A model generated the notes under the pieces. The model did not search any database and was not told the DNA's origin. It saw only the letters and a list, made by a program, of their open reading frames with translations. A stretch of 59,045 nt of DNA from contig JBHGNT010000180.1 in the NCBI GenBank assembly GCA_043228905.1, forward strand, positions 1 to 59,045. Direction: 5' to 3'. Source of the stretch: Azolla caroliniana (Eukaryota; Plantae; Polypodiophyta). Shown here piece by piece: positions 39,301 to 51,595 of the stretch; the stretch's first letter is position 1; each line of letters begins with the position of its first letter. The position numbers and the translations under genes are program-made.

Positions 39301-42300
39301 ATGCTACCTATAATATGGAATTAAGAAATCGAGATTTTGAAACTCAGGTCGAGAGACATGAAGAAATTACCAAATTTGAAGAGGGAGTTGAGAAGAGCGC
39401 GTGAATAAATTAAAATGTTCATACCTGGCTCGTGTGATCCCGGATTTTTGTGTTAAAACATGCGAATGGAAGCTAACAATGCTAGCTATGATATAGAATT
39501 AGAAAATCAAGATTTTAAAGCTCAGGTCGAGAGACATAAAGAAATTACCAAATTTGACGAGGGAGTTGAAAGGAGCGCGTGAGTAAATTAAAATGTTCAT
39601 ACCTGGCTCGTGTGATATCGGATTTTAGTGTTAAAACATGCGAATGGAAGCTAAGAATGCTAGCTATGATATAGAATTAGAAAATCAAGGTTTTGAAGCT
39701 CAAGTCGAGAGACATGAAGAAATTACCAAATTTGACGAGGGAGTTGAGAAGAGCGCGTGAGTAAATTAAAATGCTCATACCTGGCTCGTGTGATATCGGA
39801 TTCTTGTGTTCAAACATGCGATTCGAAGCTAACAATGCTACCTATGAGATGGAATTAAAAAACGAAGATTTTGAAACTCATGTCGAGAGACATGAAGAAA
39901 TTACCAAATTTGAGGAGGGAGTTGAGAAGAGCGGGTGAGTAAATTAAAAGGTTCATACCTGGCTCGTGTAATCCCGGATTTCTGTGTTCAAAGATGTGAA
40001 TTGAAGCTAACAATGCTACCTATAATATGGAATTAAGAAATCGAGATTTTGAAACTCAGGTCGAGAGACATGAAGAAATTACCAAATTTGAAGAGGGAGT
40101 TGAGAAGAGCGCGTGAGTAAATTAAAATGTTCATACCTGGCTCGTGTGATCCCGGATTTTTGTGTTAAAACATGCGAATGGAAGCTAACAATGCTAGCTA
40201 TGATATAGAATTAAAAAATCAAGATTTTGAAACTCAGGTCGAGAGACATGAAGAAATTACCAAATTTGACGAGGGAGTTGAGAAGAGCGCGTGAGTAAAT
40301 TAAAATGTTCATACCTGGCTCGTGTGATCCCGGATTTTTGTGTTAAAACATGCGAATGGAAGCTAACAATGCTAGCTATGATATAGAATTAGAAAATCAA
40401 GATTTTGAAGCTCAAGTCAAGAGACATGAAGAAATTACCAAATTTGACGAGGGAGTTGAAAAGAGCGCGTGAGTAAATTAAAATGTTCATACCTGGCTCG
40501 TGTGATATCGGATTTTAGTGTTCAAAGATGCGAATCGAAGGTAATAACGCTACCTATAATATGGAATTAAAAAATCGAAATTTTGAAACTCAGGTCGAGA
40601 GACATGAAGAAATTACCAAATTTGAAGAGGGAGTTGAGAAGAGCGCGTGAGTAAATTAAAATGCTCATACCTGGCTCGTGTGATATCGGATTTTTGTGTT
40701 CAAACATGCGATTCGAAGCTAACAATGCCACCTATGAGATGGAATTAAAAAACGAAGATTTTGAAACTCAGGTCGAGAGACATGAAGAAATTACCAAATT
40801 TGAGGAGGGAGTTGAGAAGAGCGCGTGAGTAAATTAAAATGTTCATACCTGGCTCGTGTGATCCCGGATTGTTGTGTTAAAACATCCGAATGGAAGCTAA
40901 CAATGGTAGCTATTATATAGAATTAAAAAATCAAGATTTTGAAGCTCAGGTCAAGAGACATGAAGAAATTACCAAATTTGACGAGGGAGTTGAAAAGAGC
41001 GCGTGAGTAAATTAAAATGTTCATACCTGGCTCGTGTGATATCGGATTTTAGTGTTCAAAGATGCGAATCGAAGCTAACAACGCTACCTATAATATGGAA
41101 TTAAGAAATCGAGATTTTGAAACTCAGGTCGAGAGACATGAAGAAATTACCAAATTTGAAGAGGGAGTTGAGAAGAGCGCGTGAGTAAATTAAAATCCTC
41201 ATACCTGGCTCGTGTGATATCGGATTTTTGTGTTCAAACATGCGATTCGAAGCTAACTATGCTACCTATGAGATGGAATTAAAAAACGAAGATTTTGAAA
41301 CTCAGGTCGAGAGACATGAAGAAATTACCAAATTTGAGGAGGGAGTTGAGAAGAGCGCGTGAGTAAATTAAAATGTTCATACCTGGCTCGTGTGATCCCG
41401 GATTTCTGTGTTAAAACATGCGAATGGAAGCTAACAATGCTAGCTATGATATAGAATTACAAAATCAAGATTTTGAAGCTCAGGTCAAGAGACATGAAGA
41501 AATTACCAAATTTGACGAGGGAGTTGAAAAGAGCGTGTGAGTAAATTAAAATGTTCATACCTGGCTCGTGTCATATCGGATTTTAGTGTTCAAAGATGCG
41601 AATCGAAGCTAATAACGCTACCTATAATATGGAATTAAAAAATCGAGATTTTGAAACTCAGGTCGAGAGACATGAAGAAATTACCAATTTTGAGGAGGGA
41701 GTTGAGAAGAGCGGGTGAGTAAATTAAAATGTTCATACTTGGCTCGTGTGATCCCGGATTTCTGTGTTCAAAGATGTGAATCGAAGCTAACAATGCTACC
41801 TATAATATGGAATTAAGAAATCGAGATTTTGAAACTCAGGTCGAGAGACATGAAGAAATTACCAAATTTGAAGAGGGAGTTGAGAAGAGCGCGTGAATAA
41901 ATTAAAATGTTCATACCTGCCTCGTGTGATCCCGGATTTTTGTGTTAAAACATGCGAATGGAAGCTAACAATGCTAGCTATGATATAGAATTAGAAAATC
42001 AAGATTTTGAAGCTCAGGTCGAGAGACATGAAGAAATTACCAAATTTGACGAGGGAGTTGAAAAGAGCGCGTGAGTAAATTAACATGTTCATACCTGGCT
42101 CGTGTGATATCGGATTTTAGTGTTAAAACATGCGAATGGAAGCTAAGAATGCTAGCTATGATATAGAATTAGAAAATCAAGATTTTGAAGCTCAAGTCAA
42201 GAGACATGAAGAAATTACCAAATTTGAGGAGGGAGTTGAAAAGAGCGCGTGAGTAAATTAAAATGTTCATACCTGGCTCGTGTGATATCCGATTTTAGTG

Positions 42301-45300
42301 TTCAAACATGCGATTCGAAGCTAACAATGCTACCTATGAGATGGAATTAAAAAACGAAGATTTTGAAACTCAGGTCGAGAGACATGAAGAAATTACCAAA
42401 TTTGAGAAGGGAGTTGAGAAGAGCGCGTGAGTAAATTAAAATGTTCATACCTGGCTCGTGTGATCCCGGATTTTTGTGTTAAAACATCCGAATGGAAGCT
42501 AACAATGCTAGCTATGATATAGAATTAGAAAATCAAGATTTTGAAGCTCAGGTCAAGAGACATGAAGAAATTACCAAATTTGACGAGGGAGTTGAAAAGA
42601 GCGCGTGAGTAAATTAAAATGTTTATACCTGGCTCGTGTGGTCCCGGATTTCTGTGTTCAAAGATGTGAATCGAAGCTAACAACGCTACCTATAATATGG
42701 AATTAAGAAATCGAGATTTTGAAACTCAGGTCGAGAGACATGAAGAAATTACCAAATTTGAAGAGGGAGTTGAGAAGAGCGCGTGAGTAAATTAAAATCC
42801 TCATACCTGGCTCGTGTGATATCGGATTTTTGTGTTCAAACATGCGATTCGAAGCTAACTATGCTACCTATGAGATGGAATTAAAAAACGAAGATTTTGA
42901 AACTCAGGTCGAGAGACATGAAGAAATTACCAAATTTGAGGAGGGAGTTGAGAAGAGCGCGTGAGTAAATTAAAATGTTCATACCTGGCTCGTGTGATCC
43001 CGGATTTCTGTGTTAAAACATGCGAATGGAAGCTAACAATGCTAGCTATGATATAGAATTACAAAATCAAGATTTTGAAGCTCAGGTCAAGAGACATGAA
43101 GAAATTACCAAATTTGACGAGGGAGTTGAAAAGAGCGTGTGAGTAAATTAAAATGTTCATACCTGGCTCGTGTCATATCGGATTTTAGTGTTCAAAGATG
43201 CGAATCGAAGCTAATAACGCTACCTATAATATGGAATTAAAAAATCGAGATTTTGAAACTCAGGTCGAGAGACATGAAGAAATTACCAATTTTGAGGAGG
43301 GAGTTGAGAAGAGCGGGTGAGTAAATTAAAATGTTCATACCTGGCTCGTGTGATCCCGGATTTCTGTGTTCAAAGATGTGAATCGAAGCTAACAATGCTA
43401 CCTATAATATGGAATTAAGAAATCGAGATTTTGAAACTCAGGTCGAGAGGCATGAAGAAATTACCAAATTTGAAGAGGGAGTTGAGAAGAGCGTGTGAAT
43501 AAATTAAAATGTTCATACCTGGCTCGTGTGATCCCGGATTTTTGTGTTAAAACATGCGAATGGAAGCTAACAATGCTAGCTATGATATAGAATTAGAAAA
43601 TCAAGATTTTAAAGCTCAGGTCGAGAGACATGAAGAAATTACCAAATTTGACGAGGGAGTTGAAAAGAGCGCGTGAGTAAATTAAAATGTTCATACCTGG
43701 CTCGTGTGATATCGGATTTTAGTGTTAAAACATGCGAATGGAAGCTAAGAATGCTAGCTATGATATAGAATTAGAAAATCAAGATTTTGAAGCTCAAGTC
43801 AAGAGACATGAAGAAATTACCAAATTTGACGAGGGAGTTGAAAAGAGCGCGTGAGTAAATTAAAATGTTCATACCTGGCTCGTGTGATATCGGATTTTAG
43901 TGTTCAAACATGTGATTCGAAGCTAACAATGCTACCTATGAGATGGAATTAAAAAACGAAGATTTTGAAACTCAGGTCGAGAGACATGAGGAAATTACCA
44001 AATTTGAGGAGGGAGTGGAGAAGTGCGCGTGAGTAAATTAAAATGTTCATACCTGGCTCGTGTGATCCCGGATTTTTGTGTTCAAAGATGCGAATGGAAG
44101 CTAATAACGCTACCTATAATATGGAATTAAAAAATCGAGATTTTGCAACTCAGGTCGAGAGACATGAAGAAATTACCAATTTTGAGGAGGGAGTTGAGAA
44201 GAGCGGGTGAGTAAATTAAAATGTTCATACCTGGCTCGTGTGATCCCGGATTTCTGTGTTCAAAGATGTGAATCGAAGCTAACAATGCTACCTATAATAT
44301 GGAATTAAGAAATCGAGATTTTGAAACTCAGGTCGAGAGACATGAAGAAATTACCAAATTTGAAGAGGGAGTTGAGAAGAGCGCGTGAATAAATTAAAAT
44401 GTTCATACCTGGCTCGTGTGATCCCGGATTTTTGTGTTAAGACATGCGAATGGAAGCTAACAATGCTAGCTATGATATAGAATTAGAAAATCAAGATTTT
44501 GAAGCTCAGGTCGAGAGACATGAAGAAATTACCAAATTTGACGAGGGAGTTGAAAAGAGCGCGTGAGTAAATTAAAATGTTCATACCTCGCTCGTGTAAT
44601 ATCGGATTTTAGTGTTAAAACATGCGAATGGAAGCTAAGAATGCTAGCTATGATATAGAATTAGAAAATCAAGATTTTGAAGCTCAAGTCAAGAGACATG
44701 AAGAAATTACCAAATTTGAGGAGGGAGTTGAAAAGAGCGCGTGAGTAAATTAAAATGTTCATACCTGGCTCGTGTGATATCGGATTTTAGTGTTCAAACA
44801 TGCGATTCGAAGCTAACAATGCTACCTATGAGATGGAATTAAAAAACGAAGATTTTGAAACTCAGGTCGAGAGACATGAAGAAATTACCAAATTTGAGGA
44901 GGGAGTTGAGAAGAGCGCGTGAGTAAATTAAAATGTTCATACCTGGCTCGTGTGATCCCGGATTTTTGTGTTAAAACATCCGAATGGAAGCTAACAATGC
45001 TAGCTATGATATAGAATTAAAAAATCAAGATTTTGAAGCTCAGGTCAAGAGACATGAAGAAATTACCAAATTTGACGAGGGAGTTGAAAAGAGCGCGTGA
45101 GTAAATTAAAATGTTTATACCTGGCTCGTGTGGTCCCGGATTTCTGTGTTCAAAGATGTGAATCGAAGCTAACAACGCTACCTATAATATGGAATTAAGA
45201 AATCGAGATTTTGAAACTCAGGTCGAGAGACATGAAGAAATTACCAAATTTGAAGAGGGAGTTGAGAAGAGCGCGTGAGTAAATTAAAATCCTCATACCT

Positions 45301-48300
45301 GGCTCGTGTGATATCGGATTTTTGTGTTCAAACATGCGATTCGAAGCTAACTATGCTACCTATGAGATTTTGAAGCTCAAGTCAAGAGACATGAAGAAAT
45401 TACCAAATTTGACGAGGGAGTTGAAAAGAGCGTGTGAGTAAATTAAAATGTTCATACCTGGCTCGTGTCAAATCGGATTTTAGTGTTCAAAGATGCGAAT
45501 CGAAGCTAATAACGCTACCTATAATATGGAATTAAAAAATCGAGATTTTGAAACTCAGGTCGAGAGACATGAAGAAATTACCAATTTTGAGGAGGGAGTT
45601 GAGAAGAGCGGGTGAGTAAATTAAAATGTTCATACCTGGCTCGTGTGATCCCGGATTTCTGTGTTAAAACATGCGAATGGAAGCTAACAATGCTAGCTAT
45701 GATATAGAATTAAAAAATCAAGATTTTGAAACTCAGGTCGAGAGACATGAAGAAATTACCAAATTTGAAGAGGGAGTTGAGAAGAGCGCGTGAATAAATT
45801 AAAATGTTCATACCTGGCTCGTGTGATCCCGGATTTTTGTGTTCAAAGATGCGAATGGAAGCTAATAACGCTACCTATAATATGGAATTAAAAAATCGAG
45901 ATTTTGAAACTCAGGTCGAGAGACATGAAGAAATTACCAATTTTGAGGAGGGAGTTGAGAAGAGCGGGTGAGTAAATTAAAATGTTCATACCTGGCTCGT
46001 GTGATCCCGGATTTCTGTGTTCAAAGATGTGAATCGAAGCTAACAATGCTACCTATAATATGGAATTAAGAAATCGAGATTTTGAAACTCAGGTCGAGAG
46101 ACATGAAGAAATTACCAAATTTGAAGAGGGAGTTGAGAAGAGCGCGTGAATAAATTAAAATGTTCATACCTGGCTCGTGTGATCCCGGATTTTTGTGTTA
46201 AAACATGCGAATGGAAGCTAACAATGCTAGCTATGATATAGAATTACAAAATCAAGATTTTGAAGCTCAGGTCGAGAGACATGAAGAAATTACCAAATTT
46301 GACGAGGGAGTTGAAAAGAGCGCGTGAGTAAATTAAAATGTTCATACCTGGCTCGTGTGATATCGGATTTTAGTGTTAAAACATGCGAATGGAAGCTAAG
46401 AATGCTAGCTATGATATAGAATTAGAAAATCAAGATTTTGAAGCTCAAGTCAAGAGACATGAAGAAATTACCAAATTTGAGGAGGGAGTTGAAAAGAGCG
46501 CGTGAGTAAATTAAAATGTTCATACCTGGCTCGTGTGATATCGGATTTTAGTGTTCAAACATGCGATTCGAAGCTAACAATGCTACCTATGAGATGGAAT
46601 TAAAAAACGAAGATTTTGAAACTCAGGTCGAGAGACATGAAGAAATTACCAAATTTGAGAAGGGAGATGAGAAGAGCGCGTGAGTAAATTAAAATGTTCA
46701 TACCTGGCTCGTGTGATCCCGGATTTTTGTGTTAAAACATCCGAATGGAAGCTAACAATGCTAGCTATGATATAGAATTAAAAAATCAAGATTTTGAAGC
46801 TCAGGTCAAGAGACATGAAGAAATTACCAAATTTGACGAGGGAGTTGAAAAGAGCGTGTGAGTAAATTAAAATGTTCATACCTGGCTCGTGTCATATCGG
46901 ATTTTAGTGTTCAAAGATGCGAATGGAAGCTAATAACGCTACCTATAATATGGAATTAAAAAATCGAGATTTTGAAACTCAGGTCGAGAGACATGAAGAA
47001 ATTACCAATTTTGAGGAGGGAGTTGAGAAGAGCGGGTGAGTAAATTAAAATGTTCATACCTGGCTCGTGTGATCCCGGATTTCTGTGTTCAAAGATGTGA
47101 ATCGAAGCTAACAATGCTACCTATAATATGGAATTAAGAAATCGAGATTTTGAAACTCAGGTCGAGAGGCATGAAGAAATTACCAAATTTGAAGAGGGAG
47201 TTGAGAAGAGCGCGTGAATAAATTAAAATGTTCATACCTGGCTCGTGTGATCCCGGATTTTTGTGTTAAAACATGCGAATGGAAGCTAACAATGCTAGCT
47301 ATGATATAGAATTAGAAAATCAAGATTTTAAAGCTCAGGTCGAGAGACATGAAGAAATTACCAAATTTGACGAGGGAGTTGAAAAGAGCGCGTGAGTAAA
47401 TTAAAATGTTCATACCTGGCTCGTGTGATATCGGATTTTAGTGTTAAAACATGCGAATGGAAGCTAAGAATGCTAGCTATGATATAGAATTAGAAAATCA
47501 AGATTTTGAAGCTCAAGTCAAGAGACATGAAGAAATTACCAAATTTGAGGAGGGAGTTGAAAAGAGCGCGTGAGTAAATTAAAATGTTCATACCTGGCTC
47601 GTGTGATATCGGATTTTAGTGTTCAAACATGCGATTCGAAGCTAACAATGCTACCTATGAGATGGAATTAAAAAACGAAGATTTTGAAACTCAGGTCGAG
47701 AGACATGAAGAAATTACCAAATTTGAGAAGGGAGTTGAGAAGAGCGCGTGAGTAAATTAAAATGTTCATACCTGGCTCGTGTGATCCCGGATTTTTGTGT
47801 TAAAACATCCGAATGGAAGCTAACAATGCTAGCTATGATATAGAATTAAAAAATCAAGATTTTGAAGCTCAGGTCAAGAGACATGAAGAAATTACCAAAT
47901 TTGACGAGGGAGTTGAAAAGAGCGTGTGAGTAAATTAAAATGTTCATACCTGGCTCGTGTCATATCGGATTTTAGTGTTCAAAGATGCGAATCGAAGCTA
48001 ATAACGCTACCTATAATATGGAATTAAAAAATCGAGATTTTGAAACTCAGGTCGAGAGACATGAAGAAATTACCAATTTTGAGGAGGGAGTTGAGAAGAG
48101 CGGGTGAGTAAATTAAAATGTTCATACCTGGCTCGTGTGATCCCGGATTTCTGTGTTCAAAGATGTGAATCGAAGCTAACAATGCTACCTATAATATGGA
48201 ATTAAGATATCGAGATTTTGAAACTCAGGTCGAGAGACATGAAGAAATTACCAAATTTGAAGAGGGAGTTGAGAAGAGCGCGTGAATAAATTAAAATGTT

Positions 48301-49162
48301 CATACCTGGCTCGTGTGATCCCGGATTTCTGTGTTAAAACATGCGAATGGAAGCTAACAATGCTAGCTATGATATAGAATTACAAAATCAAGATTTTGAA
48401 GCTCAGGTCCAGAGACATGAAGAAATTACCAAATTTGACGAGGGAGTTGAAAAGAGCGTGTGAGTAAATTAAAATGTTCATACCTGGCTCGTGTCATATC
48501 GGATTTTAGTGTTCAAAGATGCGAATCGAAGCTAACAACGCTACCTATAATATGGAATTAAAAAATCGAGATTTTGAAACTCAGGTCGAGAGACATGAAG
48601 AAATTACCAATTTTGAGGAGGGAGTTGAGAAGAGCGGGTGAGTAAATTAAAATGTTCATACCTGGCTCGTGTGATCCCGGATTTCTGTGTTCAAAGATGT
48701 GAATCGAAGCTAACAATGCTACCTATAATATGGAATTAAGAAATCGAGATTTTGAAACTCAGGTCGAGAGACATGAAGAAATTACCAAATTTGAAGAGGG
48801 AGTTGAGAAGAGCGCGTGAATAAATTAAAATGTTCATACCTGGCTCGTGTGATCCCGGATTTTTGTGTTAAAACATGCGAATGGAAGCTAACAATGCTAG
48901 CTATGATATAGAATTAGAAAATCAAGATTTTAAAGCTCAGGTCGAGAGACATAAAGAAATTACCAAATTTGACGAGGGAGTTGAAAGGAGCGCGTGAGTA
49001 AATTAAAATGTTCATACCTGGCTCGTGTGATATCGGATTTTAGTGTTAAAACATGCGAATGGAAGCTAAGAATGCTAGCTATGATATAGAATTAGAAAAT
49101 CAAGGTTTTGAAGCTCAAGTCGAGAGACATGAAGAAATTACCAAATTTGACGAGGGAGTTGA
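30322..49162 (+). repeat. Head-to-tail tandem duplication of a 53-monomer unit (9,415 bp = 53x178-19)
   Basis: Paired rare variants: ttaacatg (32669/42084), tacttggc, cctgcctc, catgagga, ttttgcaac, cctcgctc, 19-bp deletion (35950/45365), aagatatcg, ggtccag, gaaaggag, caaggtttt. Flanking mismatches at 30321/39736 and 39748/49163. Confidence 0.94.
35941..35960 (+). other. 19-bp deletion at agat microhomology (also at 45361-45375)
   Basis: ctatgagattttgaag instead of ctatgagat-ggaattaaaaaacgaagat-tttgaa. Confidence 0.92.
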
Positions 49163-51595
49163 AAAGAGCGCGTGAGTAAATTAAAATGTTCATACCTGGC
49201 TCGTGTGATATCGGATTTTAGTGTTCAAACATGTGATTCGAAGCTAACAATGCTACCTATGAGATGGAATTAAAAAACGAAGATTTTGAAACTCAGGTCG
49301 AGAGACATGAAGAAATTACCAAATTTGAGGAGGGAGTGGAGAAGTGCGCGTGAGTAAATTAAAATGTTCATACCTGGCTCGTGTGATCCCGGATTTCTGT
49401 GTTCAAAGATGTGAATCGAAGCTAACAACGCTACCTAGAATATGGAATTAAGAAATCGAGATTTTGAAACTCAGGTCGAGAGACATGAAGAAATTACCAA
49501 ATTTCAAGAGGGAGTTGAGAAGAGCGCGTGAGTAAATTAAAATGCTCATACCTGGCTCGTGTGATATCGGATTCTTGTGTTCAAACATGCGATTCGAAGC
49601 TAACAATGCTACCTATGAGATGGAATTAAAAAAAGAAGATTTTGAAACTCATGTCGAGAGACATGAAGAAATTAGCAAATTTGAGGAGGGAGTTGAGAAG
49701 AGCGGGTGAGTAAATTAAAAGGTTCATACCTGGCTCGTGTAATCCCGGATTTCTTTGTTCAAAGATGTGAATTGAAGCTAACAATGCTACCTATAATATG
49801 GAATTAAGAAATCGAGATTTTGAAACTCAGGTCGAGAGACATGAAGAAATTACCAAAATTGAAGAGGGAGTTGAGAAGAGCGCGTGAGTAAATTAAAATG
49901 CTCCTACCTGGCTCGTGTGATCCCGGATTTTTGTGTTAAAACATGCGAATGGAAGCTAACAATGCTAGCTATGATATAGAATTAAAAAATCAAGATTTTG
50001 AAACTCAGGTCGAGAGACATGAAGAAATTACCAAATTTGACGAGGGAGTTGAGAAGAGCGCGTGAGTAAATTAAAATGTTCATACCTGGCTCGTGTGATC
50101 CCGGATTTTTGTGTTAAAACATGCGAATGGAAGCTAACAATGCTAGCTATGATATAGAATTAGAAAAACCCGGATTTTGAAGCTCAAGTCAAGAGACATG
50201 AAGAAATTACCAAATTTGACGAGGGAGTTGAAAAGAGCGCGTGAGTAAATTAAAATGTTCATACCTGGCTCGTGTGATATCGGATTTTAGTGTTCAAAGA
50301 TGCGAATTGAAGCTAATAACGCTACCTATAATATGGAATTAAAAAATCGAAATTTTGAAACTCAGGTCGAGAGACATGAAGAAATTACCAAATTTGAAGA
50401 GGGAGTTGAGAAGAGCGCGTGAGTAAATTAAAATGCTCATACCTGGCTCGTGTGATATCGGATTTTTATGTTCAAACACGCGATTCGAAGCTAACAATGC
50501 CACCTATGAGATGGAATTAAAAAAGGAAGATTTTGAAACTCAGGTCGAGAGACATGAAGAAATTACCAAATTTGAGGAGGGAGTTGAGAAGAGCGCGTGA
50601 GTAAATTAAAATGTTCATACCTGGCTCGTGTGATCCCGGATTTTTGTGTTAAAACATCCGAATGGAAGCTAACAATGGTAGCTATGATATAGAATTAAAA
50701 AATCAAGATTTTGAAGCTCAGGTCAAGAGACATGAAGAAATTACCAAATTTGACGAGGGAGTTGAAAAGAGCGCGTGAGTAAATTAAAATGTTTATACCT
50801 GGCTCGTGTGGTCCCGGATTTCTGTGTTCAAAGATGTGAATCGAAGCTAACAACGCTACCTATAATATGGAATTAAGAAATCGAGATTTTGAAACTCAGG
50901 TTGAGAGACATGAAGAAATTACCAAATTTGAAGAGGGAGTTGAGAAGAGCGCGTGAGTAAATTAAAATCCTCATACCTGGCTCGTGTGATATCGGATTTT
51001 TGTGTTCAAACATGCGATTCGAAGCTAACTATGCTACCTATGAGATGGAATTAAAAAACGAAGATTTTGAAACTCAGGTCGAGAGACATGAAGAAATTAC
51101 CAAATTTGAGGAGGGAGTTGAGAAGAGCGCGTGAGTAAATTAAAATGTTCATACCTGGCTCGTGTGATCCCGGATTTCTGTGTTAAAACATGCGAATGGA
51201 AGCTAACAATGCTAGCTATGATATAGAATTACAAAATCAAGATTTTGAAGCTCAGGTCAAGAGACATGAAGAAATTACCAAATTTGACGAGGGAGTTGAA
51301 AAGAGCGTGTGAGTAAATTAAAATGTTCATACCTGGCTCGTGTCATATCGGAATTTAGTGTTCAAAGATGCGAATCGAAGCTAATAACGCTACCTATAAT
51401 ATGGAATTAAAAAATCGAGATTTTGAAACTCAGGTCGAGAGACATGAAGAAATTACCAATTTTGAGGAGGGAGTTGAGAAGAGCGGGTGAGTAAATTAAA
51501 ATGTTCATACCTGGCTCGTGTGATCCCGGATTTCTGTGTTCAAAGATGTGAATCGAAGCTAACAATGCTACCTATAATATGGAATTAAGAAATCG

